Shown: piece after piece, positions 37,367-48,611 of the stretch
Numbering within the stretch: the first letter of the stretch is position 1
Layout of the letters: every line of letters starts with the position of its first letter
DNA from: Lama guanicoe
Lineage: Eukaryota
DNA length: 49,691 nt
Assembly: GCA_013239625.1 (NCBI GenBank)
Contig: MU053283.1
Location: 5,530 to 55,220, forward strand
Reading direction: 5' to 3'
Position numbers and translations under genes: made by a program
The notes under the pieces: model-generated
The model's database searches: none
Seen by the model: the letters and a program-made list of their open reading frames with translations, nothing else
What the model was told of the DNA's origin: nothing

Positions 37367-38036
37367 GTAAGAAGGGGGTCCTCCCTCAACACGCTCTCCA
37401 CACTCACTAGAACTCTGTGCAGACATGGGACATCGGGGGGCGGGTGACAAAGACTGGCTCCTAGCACACTAAAACCTCGTATGAATAAGAAATAGGACCG
37501 CATAATTTAGATGGTTTAAGAAGAGCTACAAGGTGGGCCCCTTTGCTATTTTAGATACAGAAAATACGTCCAATGCCTCACCTGTTCTTCTGGGTGGGGA
37601 GGGCAGACTGCTCCGGGCCACCCGTGTCCCCACCCAGCACCTCCTGTCTGTGTGCCCTGGAGATGTTCACTAAGGGGGCAGAGGCTCACCCATGAAAGAA
37701 AAACGAACCTTTTTAAAGTAAAGGTCCATAAATTGTAGGTTTGTGGCCATCTTTCCTTATGTTTGGGGGAGAAAATACACTTTTAATTGCTTGAAGGGTA
37801 ATTATAATTAATATTTTAATTGTTTTTCTATGCATGCATTTTACACATATACCTAAAAAGTAGTATTACAATTAAGTTGAGCATCATATATATACATTTT
37901 AAAGTTTTAAGTGTGACATTACTTTTGTCTCATAAAATATTTTTTCAGAATGCAAGTTTTAAATTAGTATTTTTGTTTGTACTGTGGAAAATTTTCTTTA
38001 CAATAGCCACTTAGCCTGTATAGACACATAATACAA

Positions 38037-38058
38037 GCACACACACACACACACACAC
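38037..38058. repeat. (CA)n microsatellite
   Basis: Direct reading. Confidence 0.85.
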
Positions 38059-38834
38059 GGAATCAATGGATTGTAATTCCATTAATTCAAATGACCAAAA
38101 ATGAAAACAAAGTTCTTGACCAGTGTTGTGTTTTAGAAAATGTTTTCCTCCTTTATGGGATTTTGAAACTGACACACTGTGGTTCTTTAGAAATAGGTAA
38201 GTGGTAAACAGCATACAAGCAATTGCATTCAATGATGAAATGCCATGCTTTGCGTTTATTTATTCCATAACACTTTTAATAGCTTGGCTTTGGTTTTCTG
38301 ATCAGTGTTTTCAGGTTTAAGTAGGATTAAGTCTAGTCAGTAGCTAACAGAATTGTAACATGTGTCTGTAATACATAGTTTAAATGGGTTGCATTATTAA
38401 GTACTTCAGTCATCAGTGATGCCAGTGATGGATAAAGAATTTCAATTTATCTTATAAGTAAAAATTATATGGAGATGAATTCAGTAAGGGAAATTGTTTG
38501 GGTAATATGACTTCTGAGTTTTCTCAGCTTGTTGAAATTATTAAGAAAATACAAGAAGTTGCAGAGTAGAAAAAGTTTTCTTCACGTGAGGTGTGGATCT
38601 CCATGCGTTGTATTGTGAAATCAATCAGTTATTAATCGCAATGGATTCCATTGATAGCATTTGTTATAATTAGCTTCCACAGAATTTCAGGACTAAAATA
38701 TTAGGAAGTTTAGAAAATAAACACACTGTCTTGAGGAGGTGGAAAATGAATACATCCTGAGGTGTGTGTGCATTACTGCCTCCGTGAATAGGAGCTGATA
38801 CTTTCCTAAATATTTTTAAAGCATTGACTGGCTG

Positions 38835-39090
38835 TGTTAGCTTTTTATTGTTCTGGTAACAAGATCCCACACAAGTACGTCATCTTGTGGTTCCAAACAT
38901 CAGACGTGCAGCCCGGCTTCCTGGAGCTCAGGGCGGGGCGTCCTCAGAGCTCCTTCGGAGGCGTTGGAAGAGAGAGTTTCCCAACCTGGTCCTCTGCTGA
39001 CAGACTGTTTCCCTGACTTCAGAGCTAGCCGCCTGCACCTGACTCTTGCTTGTAACCACACCTCCCTCTTACTTTGACATGGGCCTTCTC
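38835..39090 (-). mobile_element. MaLR LTR (MLT1C/D-like) relic
   Basis: gttagctttttattg..gtaacaa, catcttgtggttc..tcaga, ctccttcggaggc..gagag..tttcc, cttcagagctagc, gacatgggcc. Confidence 0.5.
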
Positions 39091-39336
39091 AGAACTGGGC
39101 TGAGATCGTATCACTGGACTAGAACTCTTGTCTGTCAGACCTCAGTAATAATTCTGCTTTTTACCACATAAATTTTAATAAATGATGACAAATGGATCTT
39201 ACCTTATTTTTGTTAAGAAAGCTAAAGAGCAAATTAGAATTTTATGAAATGCCTCAGTTTTCGTAAAAATTTTCAGTCCATCAGAAATTATCCCACCACT
39301 CAGTCAAATAACACCACTGTTTACCGCTTTCCTAAG

Positions 39337-39500
39337 CTGTTGACTTTGAGACCTCGGGAGATTTTGCAAGTGGAGACTTCAGAGAGTGGGCCGGTGACAT
39401 GGGCGAGGATGGTGTGACACGCGGTGAGGATGAGATTGGAGACGAGGAGGAGGAGGAGGGAGACGATGACGATGGCGGGGACCAGGACGGCTACGTGTGA
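39337..39500 (+). CDS. SPOCK3: SPOCK3 terminal coding exon: Ser-Gly glycosaminoglycan attachment motifs, acidic tail and TGA stop
   Basis: Acceptor tttcctaag. Translates (A)VDFETSGDFASGDFREWAGDMGEDGVTRGEDEIGDEEEEEGDDDDGGDQDGYV*. TGA is at 39498-39500. Confidence 0.93.
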
Positions 39501-40707
39501 CCGGCGAGGTTGGAGCACATTTCCGTCATTTACACGGTGATGCCTACAGAGAACTACCTTCTTGCCCAAAAGCAAAATGAGTCTAAAACTCACTTATGTT
39601 TTGTATAATTATTTCAGATACCACAACTAAAATCCTAGAGCTTTATGTTTAAATACAAGTCATTTACTTTGAGTTGTATCTGTCCTGGAGAAAAAGGACA
39701 CGTACGGGGTCTCTCCTGACAGAAGAGGGAAGAGCTCGTGGTCTCGACAAACGTCAATGAAAGCAAACTGTAAGTTGGTCACAGACGGAGAGGCCAGCGC
39801 TGGAGGTCGTATGGGACACTCTTCGGAGAGGAGTTCTCAGTTGAATCTGCAGTAACTTATTAGTGACCTGGGCCCCCGGGATCTTATAAAAATATGCATG
39901 ACCTTAATTGCAGTTCCCAAGGCGCCTCTTTCCCAAAGCTGGAGCGACTGACTCAGAGGTGAGTGAGGTGAGAAAGACAAAGTCCATCCCCGAGTCCTCC
40001 GTCAAGCTTGTCATCCCAGTGATGCTTTTAATTATGCACTTATTCTGGATGTGATAAGACATCTCAAAAATGGCAAGTATGGAATACCATGGATTCTGAA
40101 AGTTAAACACTTAGTTATCCTTTCTAAATTTTGTTTTAATGGGGACAGCAGGCTCATGTAAATTTTTTTAAAATTTTTAACCAGCATGGTTTCTTTACCT
40201 TTCTAGGTTTCTTGATCTTTCTGACCAGCAACATAGGGTGCAGACTTTAAAGCAGAAAGACAAAGATAAGGATTCTTTTAAACTGTATTTTCACAAAAAA
40301 GTTTGTCATTTGCCCCAGTACCAAATTTTAAAATACCAATTCTTATTTTTTTTCCTATCTTAGATAAAAATTTGCATTTAATCTAAAAATTGTCCCATTT
40401 TGTTACTGGTATTGAAACTTGGCGTGTGTATGGTGCCTTGCAAAGTAGAGACAGAGTGGTTTCAGCATGCATACTGGCACAGGACAGTAGTCCACAGACA
40501 AGCACACCTAATTAACCAGTTGATACCAGTGATGTCACTGCTGCTGGAATGAAGAAAATGGAGTGTGTTTCTTTCTTTTTTCCTCTTGTTACATACTTGC
40601 CATGTGGGCTTGTGTATGATTTTTGTGTGGAGTAGCATCTGAGATTTAACTGCAACAAAATTACTTTAATTGTTGTATTTAAGTTAGCATGTTAGTTAAT
40701 TGTGTAG
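39501..40707 (+). other. SPOCK3: SPOCK3 3' UTR, running into the assembly gap
   Basis: Follows the stop codon. Blocks such as ttttgtataattattt, atggcaagtatggaa..ccatggattctgaaagtt and gttagcatgtta.ttaattgtgtag resemble my recollection of the human SPOCK3 UTR. I saw no AATAAA before the gap. Confidence 0.8.
40433..40439 (+). promoter_or_regulatory. Candidate miR-124-3p 7mer-m8 site (GTGCCTT) in the 3' UTR
   Basis: Exact complement of miR-124-3p nt 2-8 (AAGGCAC), in an AU-rich UTR context. Confidence 0.45.
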
Positions 40708-40791
40708 NNNNNNNNNNNNNNNNNNNNNNNNNNNNNNNNNNNNNNNNNNNNNNNNNNNNNNNNNNNNNNNNNNNNNNNNNNNNNNNNNNNN
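40708..40791. other. Assembly gap (84 N)
   Basis: Run of N. Confidence 1.
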
Positions 40792-40920
40792 TCACAAACT
40801 AGCTAGAAAAGTTTTTTGAAAAAATTTTGAGTTTCAAAGTCAGAGCTCTTGGCATCTTGGATATTGTTTTATTATACATGTTTTAAAAGATTTTTGTTTG
40901 CTAGATTGTTCTGTTTTCAC

Positions 40921-41065
40921 TTAAAAATCTTAATTCTTATTTTCTGTTTTAGATAAAAATATGTGTTTAATCTGAGAATTATGCCATTTTGTTTCTTGTA
41001 TCAAAATTTAGAGAAGGTACTGTATGGTGCCTTGCAAAATGGAAATAGAAGGTTTTAGCATGCAT
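40921..41065 (+). repeat. Diverged direct copy of UTR segment 40328-40472
   Basis: Collinear shared blocks aattcttatttt, ttagataaaaat, tttaatct, ccattttgtt, tgtatggtgccttgcaaa (18 nt exact) and agcatgcat. Confidence 0.85.
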
Positions 41066-41551
41066 TGTTTCATTTGTCATAGCATTGCAAAGTAGATCAT
41101 TTTCTTTGTTGAGGGTAGTATTTTTAAGCCCATTTTTGTGGTATTATATTTAATATATTTAGCTAAATTTCTGTAGCAATAGCATTTTTGAAGAGTGATA
41201 GAATAACCTTACCTGTTTAACAAAAGTGTAAGAACCACAAAATGCAACTTGTGGATTGATTGGAAAAAGAAAAAAGATCAAATTCTGTATAAAGGTTTAG
41301 CAAATTAATTCAAAGTAACAAGTATGGTGGTCTTTAAGTGAAGCTGTTTTTTTTTAAAGACGTATCATCTTTCAAGCTCCCAGGAAAGCAACCAATTCAA
41401 CCGAAAATATAAAATTGAAAATATGTATACATCGCTACACTTTATATAAAGTCTGTGTGTGCAGTATATATTTATATAAATGTGTTTAAAATTATACTTG
41501 TGACAGATCTCTTGGTCATTTAATTCATTTTGAATATTCTGATTTAATATA

Positions 41552-41680
41552 ATTATTTATTTATTCCAAAAACATCAATATTGAGCACCTACTGATGCCC
41601 AGGCACTATTCTAGGCACAATAGAGTCATTGGTGAGCAACATAATTGTGAAGTTATATTCTAGGGCAGAAGGAGGTAATA
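41552..41680 (-). mobile_element. L2 3' end relic
   Basis: ttattcc..aacatc..tattgagcacctact..gcccaggcactattctaggcac. Confidence 0.7.
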
Positions 41681-44510
41681 CATTTACCCGCCCATAACCG
41701 AATGTAAGTATGTTCACCACTAGGGAGAAATCAAACAAAGCTATTTCCTAGACATAATTTGAATAACAAGGCCAATGTATTTAGAACACTTAAGAATTGA
41801 GTCCTTGAAATGAACTCAAATTTTTAAGGAATATTTTTGATTGAAAAGAATGGAACTATCCAATATTTTGTCCTTTCTTAAGTTAAATTCTGAGGCTCAG
41901 GCGTGAAACCGTGCTGTGCATCCTCAAGCCTGTTTCTCTCTGGTTATCATAGGGGCACATGTAACATGCAGAAGACCACAAGACAGTCTGAGTCACAAGG
42001 TCAAATGTGAAGTCGTTAGAGGACGGGAGCAGAAACTTACAAATAGATTGTCAGTGTTCCTGGTGTGTCAGAGGCTAAATGGGAATTGGTGAACGCTTTT
42101 TGTCGGGCACCCTGGATTTGCTCACAGTTTATTTACCAGTTCATTTATTTAAGTGGGTTTAGAGAGTTTCACAAATGAGCACTTGCTTTGAAACAAACAT
42201 TTTGTGTTTGGTACAAATGGGTGATACCGCAGGTGAACAAAGGTGCAGTCTGCCTGGAGAGAGGACTGGCGCTTTCAGTGCTCACAGAGATACTCCTGCC
42301 ACGGGGTGGGCTCCCCAGTGTCTGGACCCCTGCAGACCCTGGGCCTGAGGGGCTGGCCACTGTCCTCCCTGATGCTGAGTTCTTCCGAGTGCTCAGCGGA
42401 TGACCCGCCAGCCCAGAGGCAGGGGTCCTTTCCATCACTGGGTCCTTATCGGCTGGTGGGGGAACAATGTTGTGACCTTTAAAAGGGTGGTGGCAGCTCT
42501 GTCTGACGTGGCTAAAGAGTCTGGAATGGACTTTAAAATTCTGCAGCTGTCCCTTGAGTCTCTGGCAAGAATGCCCTTGGGTAACAGGCTTGCCTTCCAC
42601 TGCCTGCTTGCAGACCAGGGCAGACTAGGGCAGACTGTGTGTCATAGCTGGCCCTCCTGCTGTCTCGACACTAACACCAGCAGGACTGTTGAGCAAAGTG
42701 CCCGTGTGATCTCGGGTAGGCCCCCTGGTTTCCCAAGCAGAGTCAGTCTGACCTATGACCTAACAAGGGTTGTTTGGACAAGAGTCCACAGCCCCTCCTG
42801 GTGTTAACCCACCTCCTTCCTTTCCAGGCCTTTGGTGGCTACTGTTCATTTCCTCTTTGGCCCTTGTCTCTTTAGCCTTCTGGTCCAGTTTGTGTCTGCT
42901 AGCCTCCAGTGGTCTCAAGTAAGGCTCAGGAAGGCTTAAGGATTTCAACCCATCCCAGCAGAGGGTGGCCTGGTCCCTGCAGGTCCTTGGAACAGTCAGT
43001 GAGGGATGCCATGGTAGGCTGTGCTCTGCAGCCTCATCCAGCAGGAGGAAGTTTCAGAAGAAGAGACCTCTGGGCCCTTAACCCTTAGGAATAAGGGGTG
43101 TAGAATCTCTCGGGGGAAGGGGACAGGCTGGGATCTGGGACCCTGTGCTATAGTGCTTGCACTTGGACAGATGTCTCCTCAAGCAACAGGACACAAAGAA
43201 ACTATAAGGGACTAAAGATAACAGCTTGCACGTGCTGTTGGGGTGAGTTATGAACAAGAAACAGAAAACCAAAACCCAGCTGCCGCTTCTGCAGTGTTGG
43301 GAGCAAAAGCAGGTGCCAGGTGTGATCCCCCCACAGGGCACCACCAAGTGTGCCGGCCTACCCACCAAGCCACCCCTCCCACCCGACCCCTGGACCCCTC
43401 CACCCCATTTAAGGGAACTGACCCCACCCTGGGGAGGGAGCAGGGGCACCTGTCACTTGTTCTCGTGCCCTCTGCTGCAGCACGAGTCCTGGCAAAAGCC
43501 TTGGAGTGTCTCGTCCAGCCTCTTCAATTTCTCCTGATTCCAGAGCCCAAGGACCTGGGTAGGTAACAGAAGGGGGAGGCAGGAAGGTGTGGACTGAGGG
43601 CGTGGAGGAGGAAGTGGAGCTGAGTGTGGACTGGAGCCCAGACCGTGGCACCAATGTGCATGTCACACAGTTTGAGGTGTCACCCAAATCTGGGAAAATC
43701 CTTGAAAAGCATTTGTTAAAAAAATTACACAATTTCTAAAAATCTGTGATGTAGAAGTTGCCATCTGTTGGGGAGACGGAGGTGAGGGTGGGGAAAGTAA
43801 AGACGTGGCCCAAGATGCGCACGTGGCAGCCTACGTCAGGAGGACGGGCTTTGGCAAATATATTTTCCTTCTCGTGAATTTGGGAAATTGAAGGAAGGTG
43901 CTAACTGCAGCGCAAGCTGCTGCCGGCAGGTGGTGATGGCAGCCAGCCTTAGGAGCAGACAGACTCAGCTGCTGGGTGAGGAGGTGCTGAGGACCCTGTG
44001 GGTTGAGGAGCCCTGGAGGGGAGCGTGCAACCTGCTCCCTGGGTCTCCATTAATGTCTATTGTTTCAGTTTTGAGGAGAAATTCAAACTGTACAGCTTGA
44101 AAAAAGCACCTTGGGAAATTTCCAAATGAAAGGTGTCTTAATGTAAAAGGCTATCTTCCAGTCTTAGTAAAGTAAAATCTGATGTCAGTAAAGTTGTGGT
44201 GATTCAATTTGTGGTGCAGTGAAGTACGTCTGCAGATGCAAGTCAGGGGGACACTAGAAATACACTTTTCTGTTTACAGTGACAACACGAGTTGAAGGAT
44301 TCATGGTGGCATGAAGGGGGAGAGGAGAGGGCCTCTCGTGCAAGGTTGGTGACCTCGGCCCGGCACAGGGTAGTCACAGTGGCTGCCACCCTAACGGATA
44401 GCGCAGCCCAGAGGTCGAGCCCTGCAAGAAACCAGAGCGTGCCTTCAGGCCCCTGGTGCTGCAGGCTTCCCACCTTTGATGGAATCCCTAGTTCCTGCAT
44501 CTTTAAAAAA

Positions 44511-44755
44511 TTTTTTTACTGAAATGTCGTTGGTTTACAATGTTAGTGTCAGGTGCAGAGCAAAGGGATTCAGTTTTGCATACACGTATATATGTTTTTT
44601 CTTTTCAGATTCTTTTCTGTTATATGTTATTAGAAGAAGTTGAATATAGTTCCCTGTGCTGTTCAGTAGGTCCTTGTTGTTTACCTATTTTGCATACAGT
44701 GACGTGTGTCTGTTAATCCCCAACCCCCAATTTATCCCTCCACACCTTTTCCTCC
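44511..44755 (-). mobile_element. L1 3' end fragment
   Basis: T-run followed by gttggtttacaatgtt..caggtgcag..gattcagtt..ttttcagattctttt..ttgaatatagttccctgtgct..cagtaggtccttgttgttta..caatttatccctcc. Confidence 0.85.
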
Positions 44756-47700
44756 ATATTTTAAATAAAACCATCACCCTGCTTTCACTGTTTCAGAAAT
44801 TCCTCTGTGAGTGGAGCGGGTGCACAGGATGCTTGGCTGTTAAGTGGAGGGCTGTCATACTCACCAGGCAGAGCTCTGAAGCGAGAGGGCATCGCCAGGA
44901 CGTGCTTGTTCTATAATCTGTGCTGTCTGATACCTTCATCTCCAGCCCGTGTGATTTTTGGACACTTGAAGTGAGGCCAGTGCATCTGAGGAACAACTGA
45001 ATATTTCACTTTGATTAATTTAAAATCAACACCAAAGCCGCATAAAACATTTCTGCTAAACACAGCTTCATTGTTCCCATGGACTGCATCTCACTTGCGC
45101 CGTGCACAGTATCACTGCAGGTCTGTAGTGCGTGTCTGGGACGTGTCGTCTCCACCCTACGCCCGGGTGAGCATGTGAGGGCTCAGCGTGCCTGGTTAAC
45201 AGTAGCAGGCTTCGTAACTTTAGAACAAAGGAGTTATCGTGAACAAAAGCCACATGGAGATGCAGAAGCTGGTGCTGCTCCTGGAGACGTGGAGGGGCAG
45301 AGGACGTACTCGGTACATCGCACGATTCCCAGCAGTTCTAACCTGGGAGAGCAGCGCAAAGTAGAACAACTGTGTGTCGTGCAGAACAAACGTGTTAAAG
45401 TTGACAAGAGGGACAATATTGAGACATACCAGCAAATAGGCAATGGATCTGATAATGATTTTCCTTTCAACACTCAAAAACTATCAACAAAGCCAGTTAT
45501 CAAAAACTATAATTAATTTTAAAATGTAAAGACTTTTCTAAACAGACCATCAGCTTGTACCTTTAGCCAGCTTAACATTTTTAGTGGAAAAGAAATATAT
45601 TTAGGGAATGTAGTATAATACATAGGCATAGAATAATATAACATTATATTTTATATATAGATATATATAGAATAATATATTAGGGACAGCATATTTAGGG
45701 AATGAGAACTAAGAAGATATCAAGTTGGGATAATTTAGTCATAGTAATATATAAATAATGTGTATTTTTCTAATGTTATAGAAAGGCTTAATAAAAAGAA
45801 AAGGCAAGACTGCTGTATTAGCTGAACTGGAATTAGGATCCACTAAGGTAGCAGGAAAAACAGTGTATCCCATGATTTTTTAAAAATTGGAAATGTTGTG
45901 GGGAAATGGTTGGCAAACATTGACGACAAAAATATTTGACTTGCTATTTATAAGATAAATATAGTTGATATTTTACCTGAAAAAATTCCTTTCTTTCTGT
46001 TGCATTCAAATGAAAATTCAGCCTGGAAACACATAATGAAGATGCATTTGAGGACTTACTTGAGCTTGTATGTGTATGTGCTTTATAAAGTACAGCATGT
46101 GGGTGGCTTTGATGGGAGGCAAACAAATCATTGTTTATTCCTCTTTAGAGGAAGAGGTGCTTCGATTTGGGAATTGATAGCCTCTGCATTAGTCTCAACA
46201 ATGCAGGATGGACCACCGAGAATTTTGTTAAGAGACTTTTACAGCCAGAGAGCAGCAGATGACAAGGAGACAGTACGCTGGTCCCTGTGTCGAGGTTGTC
46301 ACGTGGGCACAGAATGCAAGCACACCAGTCAAGAGCCTGTCGAAACTCCCTTGCATTTTTTTTATGTGTCAGACAAGTTCATCACAAGCACAGTTCTGAA
46401 AGGACTAGAAGGGCAGAACTGGGGGCTTCCTTCTTTATGCCCGAGAAATAAAGAGAAAGAGGGAGAAAGAAGTGTGTGGACCTACTTAGCCTTTTTGTCA
46501 TCGACGAGCAAATCACAGTCCTGGCAGAAGCTACTTCATGGACACACGAGGAAGTGACAAGAAAGGAATGATTCTGTTTGAATTCAGAGGCAAAAATTAC
46601 CCATGGAGGCTGATTAAAGTTATTTTTGATCCACTTAAGTAGAGATATTCCTGACATAGAGGCTTTGATAGACAGAAATACATCACAGTTAAGCAAGCCC
46701 CCCAAAGCTGGGAAAGACGAGCACCCCATGCTCCCTGTGAATGTGCACCTTCACAAGGCATTGGAGGGTGGGGTCAGGTGGAAGAGTGGTGAGCAGGTCA
46801 GAGAACATTCATTCCTGAACTGACCGTGGTACAGTATGCCTCATAGATTCAGGAGATGTTATGGGAAATAGAACTGGCACGATCTGGCCAGGTTCAGAGC
46901 CCAGATGACAGCAGTGACAGTGACAGTCTTCAAAAATTACAAATACAGGAGCAGCTCAGAACTTCAGTGAAGGAAGGGGAAAGAGCTTCGCTTAATCAGT
47001 TGACATATAAGGTACCTGAGTTATCTCAGCCTCACTCTCAGGTTTATGGGATATGCAAGAAGCAACTGCAATCTGAGATGATAACCAAGAAGTAAAATTT
47101 GTCAATAATCTTTGCAGTTGTTTTAAGATGAAGATGAAGACAAGGCCCAAAAGAGCACCTGGGAAATACATAGTCAGGAAACAAGACAACCAGGAAAGGA
47201 ATGGCTAGAGAAGTGTGGAGTGGGGATAAGGACCTCTTTTTATGGGCCGGATACTGCCAGCTGGTCAGAAGCCACCAAAAGAAAAGGACCTCATTCTGTA
47301 CACGAGGGCCAATTCCTTACCATGGCATTAGCAAAATGCTAAGAGGAGATCATAAATAAGAGCCAGCTCCACAAATGTCTCAGTAACAAAGTTTAAACAG
47401 GTATGGGGAGGTTGTTAGGTTAGAGAATTCTTTTCGAACATATTATTAGCTAACAGCACCCTGTAGGGAGAGGATGAGACTGTTAAATTAACCTCCACTG
47501 AGTCTGAGGGTAGGTAAGTTAAAAAATAATCAGAAGTTTGTATGAAGTTCTCGTAAGAGCCATATAAGCAGCTGAATAGGGCGATAAAGCAGGACCCAGC
47601 AGAGCCGGGTAACAGCTCCGGTTCTGTTACCCTAATCAGACGCACCACCCAGGCGTCTCAAGCTCAGCTGAGGCTCCCATGAGAAGGTAAAGGGGAGGCT

Positions 47701-47884
47701 TCTTCTGAACACTGAGCTATGGAAACCCGTTCGTGCTGTGCTCAAAAGAAAAGAGAAAGGAAAATGCCCAAACACTGGGTGAACCTTTGTGCTATTAAAT
47801 GCCAATACCACCAAAGACATTAAAAATAATGTTGTGGAAGACTAATTACAGCTAATTAGACTGGGGACATTTCATAATACTGCT

Positions 47885-48500
47885 CACTTAGCCAACCAAT
47901 TTTTATTACATCCCTACTAAGTGCCAGGACTCAGACTAGGTGTTAGGAAGTTGTGAATAAGAAGTTTATGTCTAGTAAACAGGCAACAGTAATACTATAT
48001 GAAGTGACAAATGCTATGCTGGAAAAAGGTATCACAGGGCACACTGAACCACTTGACCCAGTCTTAAGGAGGTCAAAGAGGAGTTCAAAAACATTTCCCA
48101 GAGATCAGGCTCTGAAAGCTGACGTGTGAGTGGCCAGGCCAAGGTGAAGGAAGGAGATGCTCAGAAGCTAGGAAACCAGCCCAGAAGGGGTGGGAGAGAA
48201 CTATGTAGGACAGTAAGGCGACAGGAGAGAAATACACCAACGTGACTGCAAACAGTTTGTAGGTCACGCTAAGAGCCCCAGGGGAGAGTAGAGATTCACA
48301 TGAAGAGGTGCCTATAAAACATCCAGTTGAAAATTTCTGACAGGCAGTTAGAAGAATATAAAAAAGCCTTAGGGACTAGAGATGCAGATTTGGATCCCAA
48401 CATAGAGACAGTAACTAAAGCCACAAGAACACCAAAGTTCTAGCAGGAAGTGCGGACAGTCTCCACACTGAGAGGTGATGGAGAGGCCCAGGGAGACTCC
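47885..48500 (-). mobile_element. L2 relic
   Basis: cctactaagtgccagg..ctaggtgtt, aaatgctatg, gaggtgcct..acatccag, aggcagttaga, agagatgcagatttgga. Confidence 0.6.
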
Positions 48501-48611
48501 AAACGCATCAACCTGTAAGAAGGTGGCCGAGGGAAAAAAATCATTCCCCTTACATGTTAATTGATAAGACTAGGAATCTAGCTGTATATATATATTTTTT
48601 CTTCTCCTTGA

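Noticed and set aside
22226..39500. Calling this a pseudogene, or SPOCK1/SPOCK2
   Set aside because: All five exons splice in one frame without stops, with the cysteines and SG sites retained. FQRQQDPPCQTELS, GQYIP and DFxxSGDFASGDF are SPOCK3-type.
45079..47095. ORFs of 145, 185, 65 and 79 aa after the gap as a downstream gene
   Set aside because: No recognisable protein family and no consistent exon chain.
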